NCBI GenBank assembly: GCA_963691875.1
Contig: OY829846.1
Coordinates: 1,440,001 to 1,504,000 of the forward strand
Reading direction: 5' to 3'
Length of the DNA stretch: 64,000 nt
Origin: Aureliella sp.
GTDB lineage: Bacteria > Planctomycetota > Planctomycetia > Pirellulales > Pirellulaceae
The notes below the pieces were generated by a model, which ran no database searches, was not told the origin of the DNA, and worked only from the letters and a program-made list of their open reading frames with translations. Below, piece after piece: positions 1 through 10,402 of this stretch (position 1 is the first letter of the stretch; every line of letters begins with the position of its first letter). A program made the translations under genes and the position numbers.

Positions 1-1933
1 GGACCGGGATATTCCGTACTTTGCCCGTTTCTCGGACTGTCAGGTATTTCTGCTGCGGCGAGAGCTTGCTCTGCAGCGAGTCTCGCTCGGCTTCTAGGGA
101 CTTCACTTCTTGGCGAAGCCCTTCAAGTTCAACCAGATCTTCTTTGCTAGTTGCCTTACGAGAAGGGACTGCCTTGCCCTTTTCGTACAAAATCCAATTT
201 ACGGCATCGGCGATGACGGCGCCATCGTTGTTGCTTGCAAAAAGGGTGACAGCGTTCTCTTTGCCTTTATCAAACTGAAACTTGCCTAGACTGAACCATG
301 ACTCACCTCTTGCCAGCTTGCGTTGATCAACAACGACTTCGCTTGTGCCGTCCGAGTGCTGAACTTGGTACTTTGCCTTGGAAGTACGGTTGGAATTTGG
401 AGTAAACGCAACGCGGACTTCGTACTCGCCGGCTTTCTTGAATTTTGTCGAGAAGATGGCTTGTAGTGGCTCGGTCGCCACTCCCATTTCGGCAACCAAG
501 TAGGACTTGCCGATATAACCTGTGACACTTTGAGAGGCTCGCCAACTCCCAACTAACTTCGCGTCGATGTCATCAACGACAATTCCCGGTGCGATCTGCG
601 ATTGGTTCGCGATTTGCTCCATTTTGGAAAGCAGCTTTGTTTTCGCTTGCAGCTGTTTCTGCGATGCAGTTATTTGATCTTGAATAACTTTGCGGCGAGA
701 CTCTTCCTCTTCACTGACCGGAAGCGGGGTCTCGATCCACTTTGAGACATTCTCATGATCCATCGCTTTAGCGGAACGAAAGATTCCGGCGAGCGCGTAA
801 TAATCGGCTGTCGGGATCGGATCAAACTTGTGATCATGACAGCGAGCGCAGCCGATGGTTTGGCCAAGAAAAGCTCTTCCCAGCACTTGCAGTTGTTCAT
901 CGATATGGTCCATGTCCAACTGCGTTTTGTCTTGTCGCTCTAGGTTGGTGTTGCCGAGCGCCAGAAAGCCCGTAGCGATGACTTGCCGCTGTTGTTGTAG
1001 CAGGTCTACTCCCTCGCGCGGCAGCATATCGCCGGCAACTTGTTCGATGACCACCTGATCGAAGGGACGATCTGCATTGAATGCTTCGATCAAATAGTCG
1101 CGATATCGCCATGCTTCCGGCAAAACGAATCCGCGCAAGGTGATCGAGTCGGCGTATCGGACCACGTCCATCCATTTGCGAGCGAAGTGTTCGCCGAAAC
1201 GCGGCGATTCAAGTAGTTCGTCAACTAACTGATCGTAGCGATTCGAGGCCGTAGAACGCAGATACGCATCGAGCTGTTCTTTTGTTGGCGGGAGACCTGT
1301 CAAATCAAAATACAACCGCCGCACAAGAACGCGTTCGGAGGCTTTTTCGAGAGGCTCGTACTCCGCCTCGCGTAGCTGCAGTTCGATTAGCCGATCGATC
1401 CAATCCGATGCAGAAGCCAGTTCCTCCGGGAGCGGTCGAATGGGACGGTAGGACCAATGTTCTTGAGCACGATCGACGGGTAAGCCGGATTGACGCTCGA
1501 TACTCCCTTCGCCACGCCGAGGATCGATTGCTCCGTAGTAGATCCATTGTCGAAACGCGTCAGACACTTCAGCCGGTAACTTGCCGTCGGGCGGCATTTG
1601 TAATTCAGGATCCTCATAAGATATAGCTTTGAAGAGAAGACTTTCCGCAGGCTTACCCGGAACGATAGCCGCACCGGAATCACCGCCAGCTTGCCACCCA
1701 TCACGAGAATCCAGCAGCAGTCCACCACTAGACTCCGAATCGACTGCATGACAGTCTTGACAGTGCTCGATCAAGGCGGGCCGAATCTTTTTCTCGAACC
1801 ATTGCAGCTTCTCTGAATCATCAGCTCGAGCACTGGGTCTGATGGCGATCAAACTAAGAGCTAACAGGCAAAATGCAATGCAGCGCAAAACTAGCGGAAT
1901 GTTTCTCACTGGAATTGAGAACGAGGGCAGCAT
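1..1933 (-). CDS. DUF1549/DUF1553 (PSCyt2/PSD1) protein with N-terminal planctomycete cytochrome c domain; runs off the left edge
   Basis: Manual translation from ATG at 1933 is open to the window edge, so it is absent from the ORF track. It shows a signal peptide, FEKKIRPALIEHCQDCH, RRLYFDLTGLPPT, LLESPRFGEHFARKWMDVVRYAD, WRYRDYLIEAFNADRPFDQ and GQTIGCARCHDHKFDPIPTADYYALAGIF. Confidence 0.9.
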   Translation of the reverse strand, partial: MLPSFSIPVRNIPLVLRCIAFCLLALSLIAIRPSARADDSEKLQWFEKKIRPALIEHCQDCHAVDSESSGGLLLDSRDGWQAGGDSGAAIVPGKPAESLLFKAISYEDPELQMPPDGKLPAEVSDAFRQWIYYGAIDPRRGEGSIERQSGLPVDRAQEHWSYRPIRPLPEELASASDWIDRLIELQLREAEYEPLEKASERVLVRRLYFDLTGLPPTKEQLDAYLRSTASNRYDQLVDELLESPRFGEHFARKWMDVVRYADSITLRGFVLPEAWRYRDYLIEAFNADRPFDQVVIEQVAGDMLPREGVDLLQQQRQVIATGFLALGNTNLERQDKTQLDMDHIDEQLQVLGRAFLGQTIGCARCHDHKFDPIPTADYYALAGIFRSAKAMDHENVSKWIETPLPVSEEEESRRKVIQDQITASQKQLQAKTKLLSKMEQIANQSQIAPGIVVDDIDAKLVGSWRASQSVTGYIGKSYLVAEMGVATEPLQAIFSTKFKKAGEYEVRVAFTPNSNRTSKAKYQVQHSDGTSEVVVDQRKLARGESWFSLGKFQFDKGKENAVTLFASNNDGAVIADAVNWILYEKGKAVPSRKATSKEDLVELEGLRQEVKSLEAERDSLQSKLSPQQKYLTVRETGKVRNIPV

Positions 1934-2378
1934 GCGCAGAATTATCTTAGGCGGGATTAAGGTCGGAACTCAGTCAGCGGCTCGCGAAAACTATTAGCTA
2001 TTCTACAGCAAATATGTTGGTGGAATCAATTTTGCTTATTTGGTTGCGAGCGTTTTCAGAGATTCAAACTAGCTAAATTTAGCTGTATAGCATAGCGACG
2101 GTTCTCTCGCTAACATCCATCGCTAGGGCCAATACGGCTGAACCGCAGAATACTGCGGCATAACCCCTGATCTGCCCTGATCTCAGTCAACGGGAGCCAA
2201 GCATGGAATGAACCTTGGAAGAAACACTTCACAGCCTTGAAAGGCTAACGCTCCGAACTCCTTGCTCCCGCACTACGTGTGGGCCAACTCGGAAAGGGAG
2301 CGTGACGAATACCTTGCATCTTCATCCTGCCTCAGAGCGAAAGGCTCCAGCTAGCGTGTACTGCCATCAGCAATCGCT

Positions 2379-3665
2379 TTACCGCAATTTACGCTTCTTT
2401 GCGAGAGCTTCGAAGCGATCTTTGAAGAGATCAGATAACTGGTGCTCGTTAAGCATTTTGCAAACTGTGGAGAGTGTGAGATAAAGTTCGGGGTGTTCGG
2501 GCAGTGCCTTTCGAGCAAACATCAAGTCCTTTTTGGCTTTGGCCCATTCACCTCGCTTGGCATAAATCTGCCCACGCGTCTCCCAGAACTGCGTCTTCTT
2601 CCCAGCTTTCTCGACAAGTTCATTGGCGTACTTCAAAGCCAGATCCAAATCTCCGTCCTTCGGGACTGCTGTGTAGTGAGCCAAGTTATTGAGCACCCCA
2701 AGATCTTCCGGTTTTTGTTCGTAGACTCTCCCAAGCAATTCCAAGCCTACGCCATAGCACTGCACCTCGCACAATGTCGATCCTAGCTGAAAGCCCTTTC
2801 CATTTGAGAGAGACAGCTCTTTCAATGGCATACATAACGCAACCCGCTGTTCTATATCTAGCTGCTGGAGATCGATGATCGACTGTAGTAGCCGGGCCCA
2901 GTGCGATTCAGCACTAGAGCCTCTTTTGTAGGCAACCAAAGCTTTTTCGAAACTGGTTCCCCATTCCTGGCGCTGGCTGAGATACTGCGACCAGCGGAGG
3001 TAGAAATTGTCAATCAACTCTGAGGCAAACTTCTCACCCTGCCGCTCACGCGTTAGCAGGTGTTTTTCGATTGTTTTAAAATCCTCTAAGAACTCCAAGC
3101 TGTCCAACCAGAAGAGTTCCGCATCTGAACCGGGCTTCTCAGTTCGAGCCAGGTCAATAAGCTCCTTCGATGCTTGCTGAGCTTCTTTCCGTGCCTCGGG
3201 AACCTGGTTGAGCGCTAGCAGAGTCCGAGCGTAAAGAAGGCGAAGTTCTCCAGCCTCATCCGCCACCAATTTCAACTCTTCTGCAGCTTCGCTGAATTCT
3301 CTTGCGGCGAAGAGAATCTCACCTAAGTAACGGTGACAGATCCCAGCATTACTTTTATCCTTTGCAGCTCCTCTGAGATGCTGAACAAGCTCAACCGCTT
3401 TCTCCGGAGCATTCCCGCTAGCGACTATCTCGTGCGCCAAATCGAAGTGGCATTCGGCAATCGTCTTGCCGGTCGTGATCGCCATCAATCCAGCCGTTCG
3501 ATTCGCCTCAACGCTGCGTTTTTGAATAGCATCGCGGAAATTCGACGAGACATTTCCCAGCGTCTTCTTGGAAATTACTAAGACGTCCGCGCGCAATGGC
3601 GCAGATGTCGAGAGCACAAGCAGAACGACGATTAGTTTGACGGAAAGCGTGCGTAGAAAATTCAT
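2379..3665 (-). CDS. Exported tetratricopeptide repeat protein
   Basis: 428-aa ORF with a signal peptide (..APLRA-D) and TPR-like helices, e.g. VLNNLAHY..ALKYANELV and FWETRGQIYAKRGEWAKAKKDL..ALPEHPE. Confidence 0.75.
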   Translation of the reverse strand: MNFLRTLSVKLIVVLLVLSTSAPLRADVLVISKKTLGNVSSNFRDAIQKRSVEANRTAGLMAITTGKTIAECHFDLAHEIVASGNAPEKAVELVQHLRGAAKDKSNAGICHRYLGEILFAAREFSEAAEELKLVADEAGELRLLYARTLLALNQVPEARKEAQQASKELIDLARTEKPGSDAELFWLDSLEFLEDFKTIEKHLLTRERQGEKFASELIDNFYLRWSQYLSQRQEWGTSFEKALVAYKRGSSAESHWARLLQSIIDLQQLDIEQRVALCMPLKELSLSNGKGFQLGSTLCEVQCYGVGLELLGRVYEQKPEDLGVLNNLAHYTAVPKDGDLDLALKYANELVEKAGKKTQFWETRGQIYAKRGEWAKAKKDLMFARKALPEHPELYLTLSTVCKMLNEHQLSDLFKDRFEALAKKRKLR

Positions 3666-3845
3666 GTGGATGGAAGAAGAGAAGGTGAAGAGTTTTCAGC
3701 CAGTTGAGTCCTGGTTTGTAGCCCGTCATCAATAGGCCTAGCTCCGATTATATCGCGACAGGCATTTTTAACGAATCGACGACGCCTTTTTTACAGTGCT
3801 TTCAGCGAATCTTTATAGATTTGCAGAAGCATACGCACTGGGACA

Positions 3846-4988
3846 CTAAAGTTTGCTGGGATCAAGAACGGCGTGTTTGATGGATTGGCGCTGCCAGGTG
3901 TAGGTTATGTGAACGAGTCCGTCTTTTGATTGAATCACGGCCGGATAAGAGAACTCGGCACGGCCGCCGACCATTTCAAGAGTCATGACCCGTTTCCAAC
4001 CCACACCATCAGCACTGATCGCGACGTTTAACACTTCACGCCCGTTGCGGCCAGGCTGTCTTGTCGAGTGATTGTAAACCAGCAGCTGCCTTCCATCTTG
4101 GAGCGTTACGGCGTCGGTGCCAGCGTTGGGGTTCGGCAGCTTGGTCGACTTCATCTCCCCCCAAGTCTTTCCGCCGTCTGGCGACCAAGCAGTTCCGAGA
4201 ACTCCCTGTTGGGTTCGACATATGATCTGCATGCGACCATCTTTATAAGTCAGGACGCTTGGCTGAATCGCATCCAGTTTCTCCCCTTCCAGCAACGGAC
4301 CGATAACTTTCCAAGACTTCCCCGCGTCCTTGGAAACTTCAAAGTGAATTCGCCAACCTTCGTTCTCAGTACTACTTGGGCAGAGCAGAGTTCCATCCCG
4401 CAGTTGTATTGGCTTGTTCTTAACCGGCCCGATCAGGTTTTTGTTGGCTTTGAAAAGTTTTTGACTCTTACCAAGCCGACGCGACGTTGACCAAGTCACA
4501 CCATCGTCGTCGCTGCTGACTAGCGCACCCCACCAGAGTCGAGGGTTCAGTCCGACTTTGTAGAAAAGCAGAAGCTTGCCCGAGGCCGTTCGGAAAAGCA
4601 CAGGATTCCAGCAAGCATATTCTTGCTCTTCATTCTCTGAACCGTCGACGATCTGAACTGGCTTGCTCCAGCCATTGCCTGGATTCCGGCTCAACCAAAT
4701 CCCCACATCAGGATTCTTTTCGTGCTTTCCGCCAAACCAAGCGGCGACCAAGCCGCTTGGCGTTTCGACAATTGTGGACGCATGACAGGACGGCGTTGGG
4801 CGATCGGCTACATCGTAAATGAATGCGCTGGTTTTCAGCGCGCCCTGCCCTGGCTTCGCGGGTTCTGGAAGAGAAGAATCGCCCTCCTGCGAAAACGCGG
4901 TTGTTGGGAAAATGCAGCTCAAAAACGCACAGGCCTGCAAAACGGTTAGCTGTTGAAGTAGCTGTTTCGGTTCTGAAATGGCAAGCAT
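3846..4988 (-). CDS. BNR/Asp-box sialidase-like protein (exo-alpha-sialidase family)
   Basis: Asp boxes SDDDGVTW, SKDAGKSW and SPDGGKTW, plus CHASTIVE, WNPVLF, LPNPNAG and FSYPAVIQ..GLVHITYTW; signal peptide present. Confidence 0.85.
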   Translation of the reverse strand: MLAISEPKQLLQQLTVLQACAFLSCIFPTTAFSQEGDSSLPEPAKPGQGALKTSAFIYDVADRPTPSCHASTIVETPSGLVAAWFGGKHEKNPDVGIWLSRNPGNGWSKPVQIVDGSENEEQEYACWNPVLFRTASGKLLLFYKVGLNPRLWWGALVSSDDDGVTWSTSRRLGKSQKLFKANKNLIGPVKNKPIQLRDGTLLCPSSTENEGWRIHFEVSKDAGKSWKVIGPLLEGEKLDAIQPSVLTYKDGRMQIICRTQQGVLGTAWSPDGGKTWGEMKSTKLPNPNAGTDAVTLQDGRQLLVYNHSTRQPGRNGREVLNVAISADGVGWKRVMTLEMVGGRAEFSYPAVIQSKDGLVHITYTWQRQSIKHAVLDPSKL

Positions 4989-5257
4989 GTAGACCTCGAA
5001 GTCATCCAGCGGTGCGGGAAGTGTTTGCGATTTAGCGGGTCACAATATCGTATCAGTTTCCATGGCCCTGCGTCAGATTCCTCCCTGCCAAAATCGACCA
5101 ATCAGGGCTATACTCGTTGCCCGCTTTTAGCAAAACAGAACAATCAATTGAGCGACAGTACGATCCGCAACACGCTATGATTGCGATTCAACGAATGCAG
5201 TCTACCTCACCGTTCTAAAACTCGACTTAATCTCCGACTCACAACGCGGTTATCAGA

Positions 5258-6775
5258 ATGCCGAATTTCGAAAAAACCTCCAGGTCTTTTGCTCTCTTTG
5301 TTTGCATTGTTGCCTTGAACGCATTTTCCTCTCGTCAGGTCCATGCCGCCGAGCCTGCGAATGAGAAAGCGAGGCCCAATATTTTATTTATCTTTCTCGA
5401 TGACTACGGCTGGCGTGATGCAGGCTTTATGGGTTCGGATTTCTATGAAACTCCCCATATCGACAGGCTTGCTGGCGAAGGGATGATTTTCACCAATGCC
5501 TATGCTGGCGCGGCAAATTGTGCCCCCTCGCGGGCTTGCCTTCTCTCCGGACAATACAGTCCACGTCATGAGATATACAACGTAGGGACCGGCCCTCGCG
5601 GCAGTGCAAAACATCGTCGACTTAAGCACATTCCTGGAACTGACGTATTGCGAACCGACATTCGCACCTGGGCGCATTGCATTCAAGACGCGGGCTACGC
5701 CACCGGAACAATCGGTAAATGGCACCTGAGCAAAGACCCACTGCCGTACGGTTTCGACTTTAATTTTGCGGGTACGCACTCGGGCAGTCCACCACGTGGC
5801 TACTTTCCGCCTCACCCCAATGCACCTGGACTCAAGAATGCTCCGAAAGATGAATATCTGACGGATCGTCTTTCCGATGAAGCGATTGGCTTTATCGAAC
5901 GGAATCAAGAGCAGCCTTGGCTGCTCTACTTGACGCATTTTGCTGTTCACACGCCGCTCCAAGCAAAGAAGGAAATTGAAGCCAAGTATCAGGAAAAGAA
6001 GCCTGGAAAACTACACGACAAACCAGTCATGGCTGCAATGATTGAAAGTGTCGATGAGGGCGTGGGGCGGATCCTGGCCAAGCTAGACGAACTCGGTCTG
6101 AGTGAGAACACGATTGTTGTTTTCACTTCCGACAACGGCGGCTATGGTCCAGCAACCGACATGCATCCTCTCAAAGGGTACAAAGGTACCTATTACGAAG
6201 GTGGCATTCGTGAACCCTTCTTCATTAAATGGCCAGGTGTCGTGGATGCGGGTAGCAAGTCCGATACACCAATCATCAACTTGGATATTTTTCCGACGCT
6301 GGTTGAGATGGCTGGTGCAAAAATGCCTAAACGGCCAGTTGACGGACAAAGCCTGCTCCCATTGCTTACCGGCAAAGGTAGCTTTGCGGAACGAAGCCTG
6401 TTTTGGCATTTCCCTGCTTACCTGCAAGGATACTCCAACATTGACGAGCAGCGTGATCCGTTATTTCGAACTCGCCCTTGCAGTGTGATTCGCGATGGAG
6501 ACTGGAAACTACACGAGTACTACGAAGACGGCTCGCTCGAACTCTACAACTTGCGTGATGACGTGGGAGAACAGAGAAATCTCGCCGAGGCAGAGAGGTC
6601 GGTAACAAAGCGTCTGCATGGCAAACTCGCTAGTTGGCGGAAGGAAATTGGAGCTCCAGTTCCGGCAGAGGCTAATCCAAGTTTCGATGCTGCTGCGGAA
6701 GCTTCCGCAATCAAAAAACTCGTTGAAGCAGCAAGGAAGAAGGCCAGCCGAGGCAAGAAGTCAAGAGACAAGTAG
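5258..6775 (+). CDS. Sulfatase (formylglycine-dependent, Cys type)
   Basis: PNILFIFLDDYG, CAPSRACLLSG (CxPxR), GKWHL, FTSDNGG and KGTYYEGGIREP; signal peptide present. Confidence 0.95.
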   Translation: MPNFEKTSRSFALFVCIVALNAFSSRQVHAAEPANEKARPNILFIFLDDYGWRDAGFMGSDFYETPHIDRLAGEGMIFTNAYAGAANCAPSRACLLSGQYSPRHEIYNVGTGPRGSAKHRRLKHIPGTDVLRTDIRTWAHCIQDAGYATGTIGKWHLSKDPLPYGFDFNFAGTHSGSPPRGYFPPHPNAPGLKNAPKDEYLTDRLSDEAIGFIERNQEQPWLLYLTHFAVHTPLQAKKEIEAKYQEKKPGKLHDKPVMAAMIESVDEGVGRILAKLDELGLSENTIVVFTSDNGGYGPATDMHPLKGYKGTYYEGGIREPFFIKWPGVVDAGSKSDTPIINLDIFPTLVEMAGAKMPKRPVDGQSLLPLLTGKGSFAERSLFWHFPAYLQGYSNIDEQRDPLFRTRPCSVIRDGDWKLHEYYEDGSLELYNLRDDVGEQRNLAEAERSVTKRLHGKLASWRKEIGAPVPAEANPSFDAAAEASAIKKLVEAARKKASRGKKSRDK

Positions 6776-7150
6776 CACAATCGGCAAGAACTTCCCAGCG
6801 AAAGCAGGTTCCTTTTCTGTGAAACGGATCACAGTGAGGCTCGAACTCGGCGGGCACCTGCTTGCCTTCACCCGCCCTGCAATAGTAGCTTTGTGGAGTA
6901 GGTGACAATGGCATATAGGCTGAAAGAAATGGGGAGCTAGCTTGAATCTCAGTTCAGGCGGAATCGCCCTCTTCGGACTACTGGTGAGAAATCCGCCGAG
7001 CAGAACTGAACTTGAATTGCCGCATCTCGGTAGGATCAGAATCGGTTTCAAGTCGCGAGCCATCCACATAGAGAAGCTAGAGGCACTTTTCTAAGCATGG
7101 CGAGCGAGAGGAAGGGGCGTCTTTGCACGGTCAATATAGGAGCAGAGAGT

Positions 7151-7445
7151 ATGGCGCAGCAGTTTTGGCACGTTCGCAATTGTTCGCTTTTCCAGAAGTT
7201 GAATGATCGCCAGTTCGAATTCTTGGAAGAGAAAGCAAGGGTCAAGAAGTTCTCCAAAGGTGCCCCAATCTATTTACCAAGCGATATTGCAGACGGTACG
7301 TTCCTACTTGCCGAAGGTCGAGTTCGGATCGGTTCGACTACACCGGATGGCAAGCAGTGCATCTTGGGATTCGTAGAACCGGGAGAAATCTTCGGTGAGC
7401 TATCCTTGGTTGATTCAGGGAGCCGCGAAGAAAGAGCCGAAGCAG
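7151..7445 (+). pseudogene. Truncated Crp/Fnr-family regulator (cNMP-binding N-terminal part only)
   Basis: MAQQFWHVRNCSLFQKL..KKFSKGAPIYLPSD..LAEGRVRI..GFVEPGEIFGELSL..REERAEA, then abruptly unrelated sequence with no HTH. An AGGAG lies upstream of ATG 7151. Confidence 0.75.
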
Positions 7446-7700
7446 CTTTCTTGTTTGCAGACGTTTCACATGATGACTGCTTACTTTGCCGATGAGCTCT
7501 CCGAGGCAAAAGTAGGCTTGGTGCACGATCATTTAAAGGACTGCCCTCACTGCCAGCGCAAGTATCAGGTGCAAGCAGATTTGCTCGGAAAGGAATTGCT
7601 GGTCAATTCTTTAACAACAGCACATAGCTTTAGCGTCGAGATCGCGCGCTTGCCCCGATTTTATTTTCACGTTAGGTGGTCTGCAGTGCCTTGTACTTGA
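7443..7700 (+). pseudogene. C-terminal remnant of a zf-HC2 (anti-sigma-type zinc finger) protein
   Basis: LSCLQTFHMMTAYFADELSEAKVGLVHDHLKDCPHCQRKY (C..HxxxCxxC) in a different frame from the Crp part, with no start of its own. Confidence 0.6.
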
Positions 7701-7777
7701 CTGTTAGCCTGTCACTGCTTCCGTTACATGTTTTATACGCCATGACTCGGGCGTTGGTGACTGTAGGTATAGGTAGA

Positions 7778-8420
7778 TGGCAGGAACAGCTCCAACTCCG
7801 AAAAAGTACTTGGCGACTGTTCCGCCCTAAGAGATCTTGCCAGTCCTAATGACCGTCACGAGTCAACGGTCATAGGCATCTATTCGATCGGAGATGTAAC
7901 CGGTCTCCCGCTCGTCATGGTCGCAGCCAATCAGGGCCGCGAAGTAATCGAGAAGCTCAGGCAGAGCTTTTCTTCCAACGAAGAGGCGTCTAGAAACGAA
8001 CCCGGCGCCTTGGATCTCGTTATCATCGGTGGCCGTCCAGCTCTTATCTGGGCGGCGGTCCGGCTGGAATCTCAGCGGCGTTAGAAGCTGCCAAGCGCGG
8101 TTGGAAGTATGTGGTGCCCACTTGCCTTCTGGATGAATTTCTGGGGACGCTGGTCAAAGTTCCAAATCGTGCCGGAGAAGGGCAAGTGCATCGACTGCAA
8201 CGTGTGCAATCAGTATTGCCAGATGGGTGTCGACATCAAATCGCGAGCCTTGCAGGGGCTGCCCGTGACACTGTTAGATACGCCTTGCGTGGGATGCGCA
8301 GAGTGCGTGATGCGTTGCCCGATGCAGATTTTGTATCTTGGAGAAGTTCCAAAAACGCCACCCGTTTTCGAGATCACAAATTTGTCGTCAGGAACCCCAT
8401 CTGACAGCAAGCCTTCATAA
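7778..8420 (+). pseudogene. Internally deleted, frameshifted FAD/NAD(P) oxidoreductase with C-terminal 4Fe-4S dicluster
   Basis: HESTVIGIYSIGDVTGLPLVMVAANQG, LDLVIIGG, then shifted GGGPAGISAALEAAKRGWKYV, joined directly to WCPLAFWMNF..CIDCNVCNQYC..CVGCAECVMRCP. A stop and frameshifts lie in the 5' part. Confidence 0.75.
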
Positions 8421-9393
8421 GTGCCTCTAGAAAGAAGTACTACGGCGGATTTTATTGGATCGCAGTCGTCTCCTTTCTCGTTCCAGTATTCGTTGCCTTC
8501 AAAGGGTTAAACCTCGTACGGTCAACAACCAAGCCGACCCCAAATCCAGACGTTTCAGGCGTGGATCATAACTTGTGGGACTACTTGCTGCGAAGCTATG
8601 TGGAAAATGGGCTTGTGGACTACGAAGGCCTAGAGCGCGACTACTTATTCCAAACGTATCTGAAACAGCTTGCAAGTTTTAATCCCAAGGCTCTGAAGAC
8701 GGATGCAGAGAAACTTGTCCTGAATTGCGATGCCTACAACGCACTTGTGATGCAAGGTGTGATCAATCACAAGATTCATCGCAATGAGAAGAATGTGCTT
8801 GCTTTCGTTCCACCACCCATTGCAGCCAAGATTGCTAAGCTAGGGTCGCAGCTCGAGAAACTAGGCTCCAAATCGGATTCGCAAGACAGCGAAAAACTTC
8901 AAAACGAGATAAATCGACTTCAGGTAGCGGCGAACTTCTTTGGCTTGAAAGAGCACATCTTCGCCAATCAAACCATTTCGCTAGACCAACTGGAACACGA
9001 GATGATCCGGCCTATTTTCTCGGAACCAGGAGTTCACATCGCACTCGCTTGCGCTGCGAAGAGCTGCCCAGCGATTCGGTCTGAGGCCAACGTTGGCGAT
9101 CGGCTTGAAGAACAACTTCGGGATCAAGCCATACTTTTCGCCAATGACACGCGATATATTTCGTTTGACTCGAGTGCCAACAAAGTCCAACGAAGTCCCA
9201 TTCTCAATTGGCATGGCTGGCAGAACTGGTCCATGACAAGACCTTGAAGGAGAAACTCGACGCTGCCGACGATGTTAGTGCCCTAGTCCGTTTCAACACC
9301 TACGATTGGACTCGCAACTCCGCCGCTTCATCCACACATTCCAGTTCCGCGAGGGGCAGCAGTTTCGGTTCTGGCTCCGTGCCCACCGAGTAG
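8417..9393 (+). pseudogene. DUF547 domain protein, start codon lost and frameshifted near 9210
   Basis: DHNLWDYLLRSYVENGLVDY, AYNALV, ISLDQLEHEMIR..EPGVHIALACAAKSCP and LEEQL; the C-terminal YDWTRN is in another frame. An in-frame ATA at 8417 overlaps the upstream TAA. Confidence 0.75.
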
Positions 9394-9574
9394 GCAAAGA
9401 CGAAGCCATAGATCTGGTATGCTGCTACAGGTGGAAAAGGCGGTAGAGTCGGCAAGTACCGCTACCGTATGAGCAAACCGCCGACTCTTCCAACTAGATT
9501 ACGTTTCCCTTGAGCCGATAAGAGCTGCGACTCTCTGGATTCTTGGACGTTCACTTAACTTAACGGAATAAGTC

Positions 9575-10366
9575 ATGGCAAAGCGGAGCTTTGCGGGCAA
9601 ACGCATCGTGCTGACTGGGGCAAGCAGCGGTATCGGATGGCACACAGCTTCGGAGCTGGTACGCCAGGGCGCTTACGTCGTGATGACTTCTCGCCGAGAG
9701 GATCGTCTGCGTGACCTGCGTCTCGCGTTCGGCAACCCGACAAAACGGCTCATCGCAGTTCCTGGCGATATCACCGACGCCGAGCATCGTAAAGCCGTGA
9801 TCAAGACAGCCAAGGAACAATTGGGCGGTATCGACATCCTGATCAACAATGCAGGAGTCGGCGCCATTGGAAACTTTGAGGAATCCAGTTCTGATCGCAT
9901 GCGTAAAGTCTTTGAAGTGGACTTTTTTGCCGCCGCAGAACTGACGCGACTTGCACTGCCACATCTAAAACGCGGAAAACAGGCGGCGGTTTGCATGGTC
10001 AACTCTGTGCTTGGTCATCGCGGCGTACCACAAAAAAGTGAGTACTGCGCGGCCAAGTTTGCTTTACGTGGCTGGGCTGAGGCGCTCCGGATTGAACTGA
10101 GCTCCCGAAACATCGACGTGTTAACAGTTTCTCCAAGCACCACACGTAGTGAGTTCTTTGACTCGCTGGTCGACACGGTTCGCGGTAAGAAGAGTGCTTC
10201 GATCGGTTCGCAGTCGCCCGAAGCGGTGGCTAGCCAAGTGCTTATTGCACTGCGCAAGCGCAAGCGAGATAGAGTGCTATCGGCAGGCGGAAAAGCGTTT
10301 GTGTGGCTCAGTCGTCTCGCGCCGAATTTCACCGACCGACTGTTGATGCGTTATGCGACCGCCTGA
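9575..10366 (+). CDS. Short-chain dehydrogenase/reductase (SDR)
   Basis: TGASSGIG, INNAG and YCAAK (YxxxK). Confidence 0.92.
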   Translation: MAKRSFAGKRIVLTGASSGIGWHTASELVRQGAYVVMTSRREDRLRDLRLAFGNPTKRLIAVPGDITDAEHRKAVIKTAKEQLGGIDILINNAGVGAIGNFEESSSDRMRKVFEVDFFAAAELTRLALPHLKRGKQAAVCMVNSVLGHRGVPQKSEYCAAKFALRGWAEALRIELSSRNIDVLTVSPSTTRSEFFDSLVDTVRGKKSASIGSQSPEAVASQVLIALRKRKRDRVLSAGGKAFVWLSRLAPNFTDRLLMRYATA

Positions 10367-10402
10367 GCTTAGCCAACAGGCGGGATCACCAGTCTAAATT
10401 GC

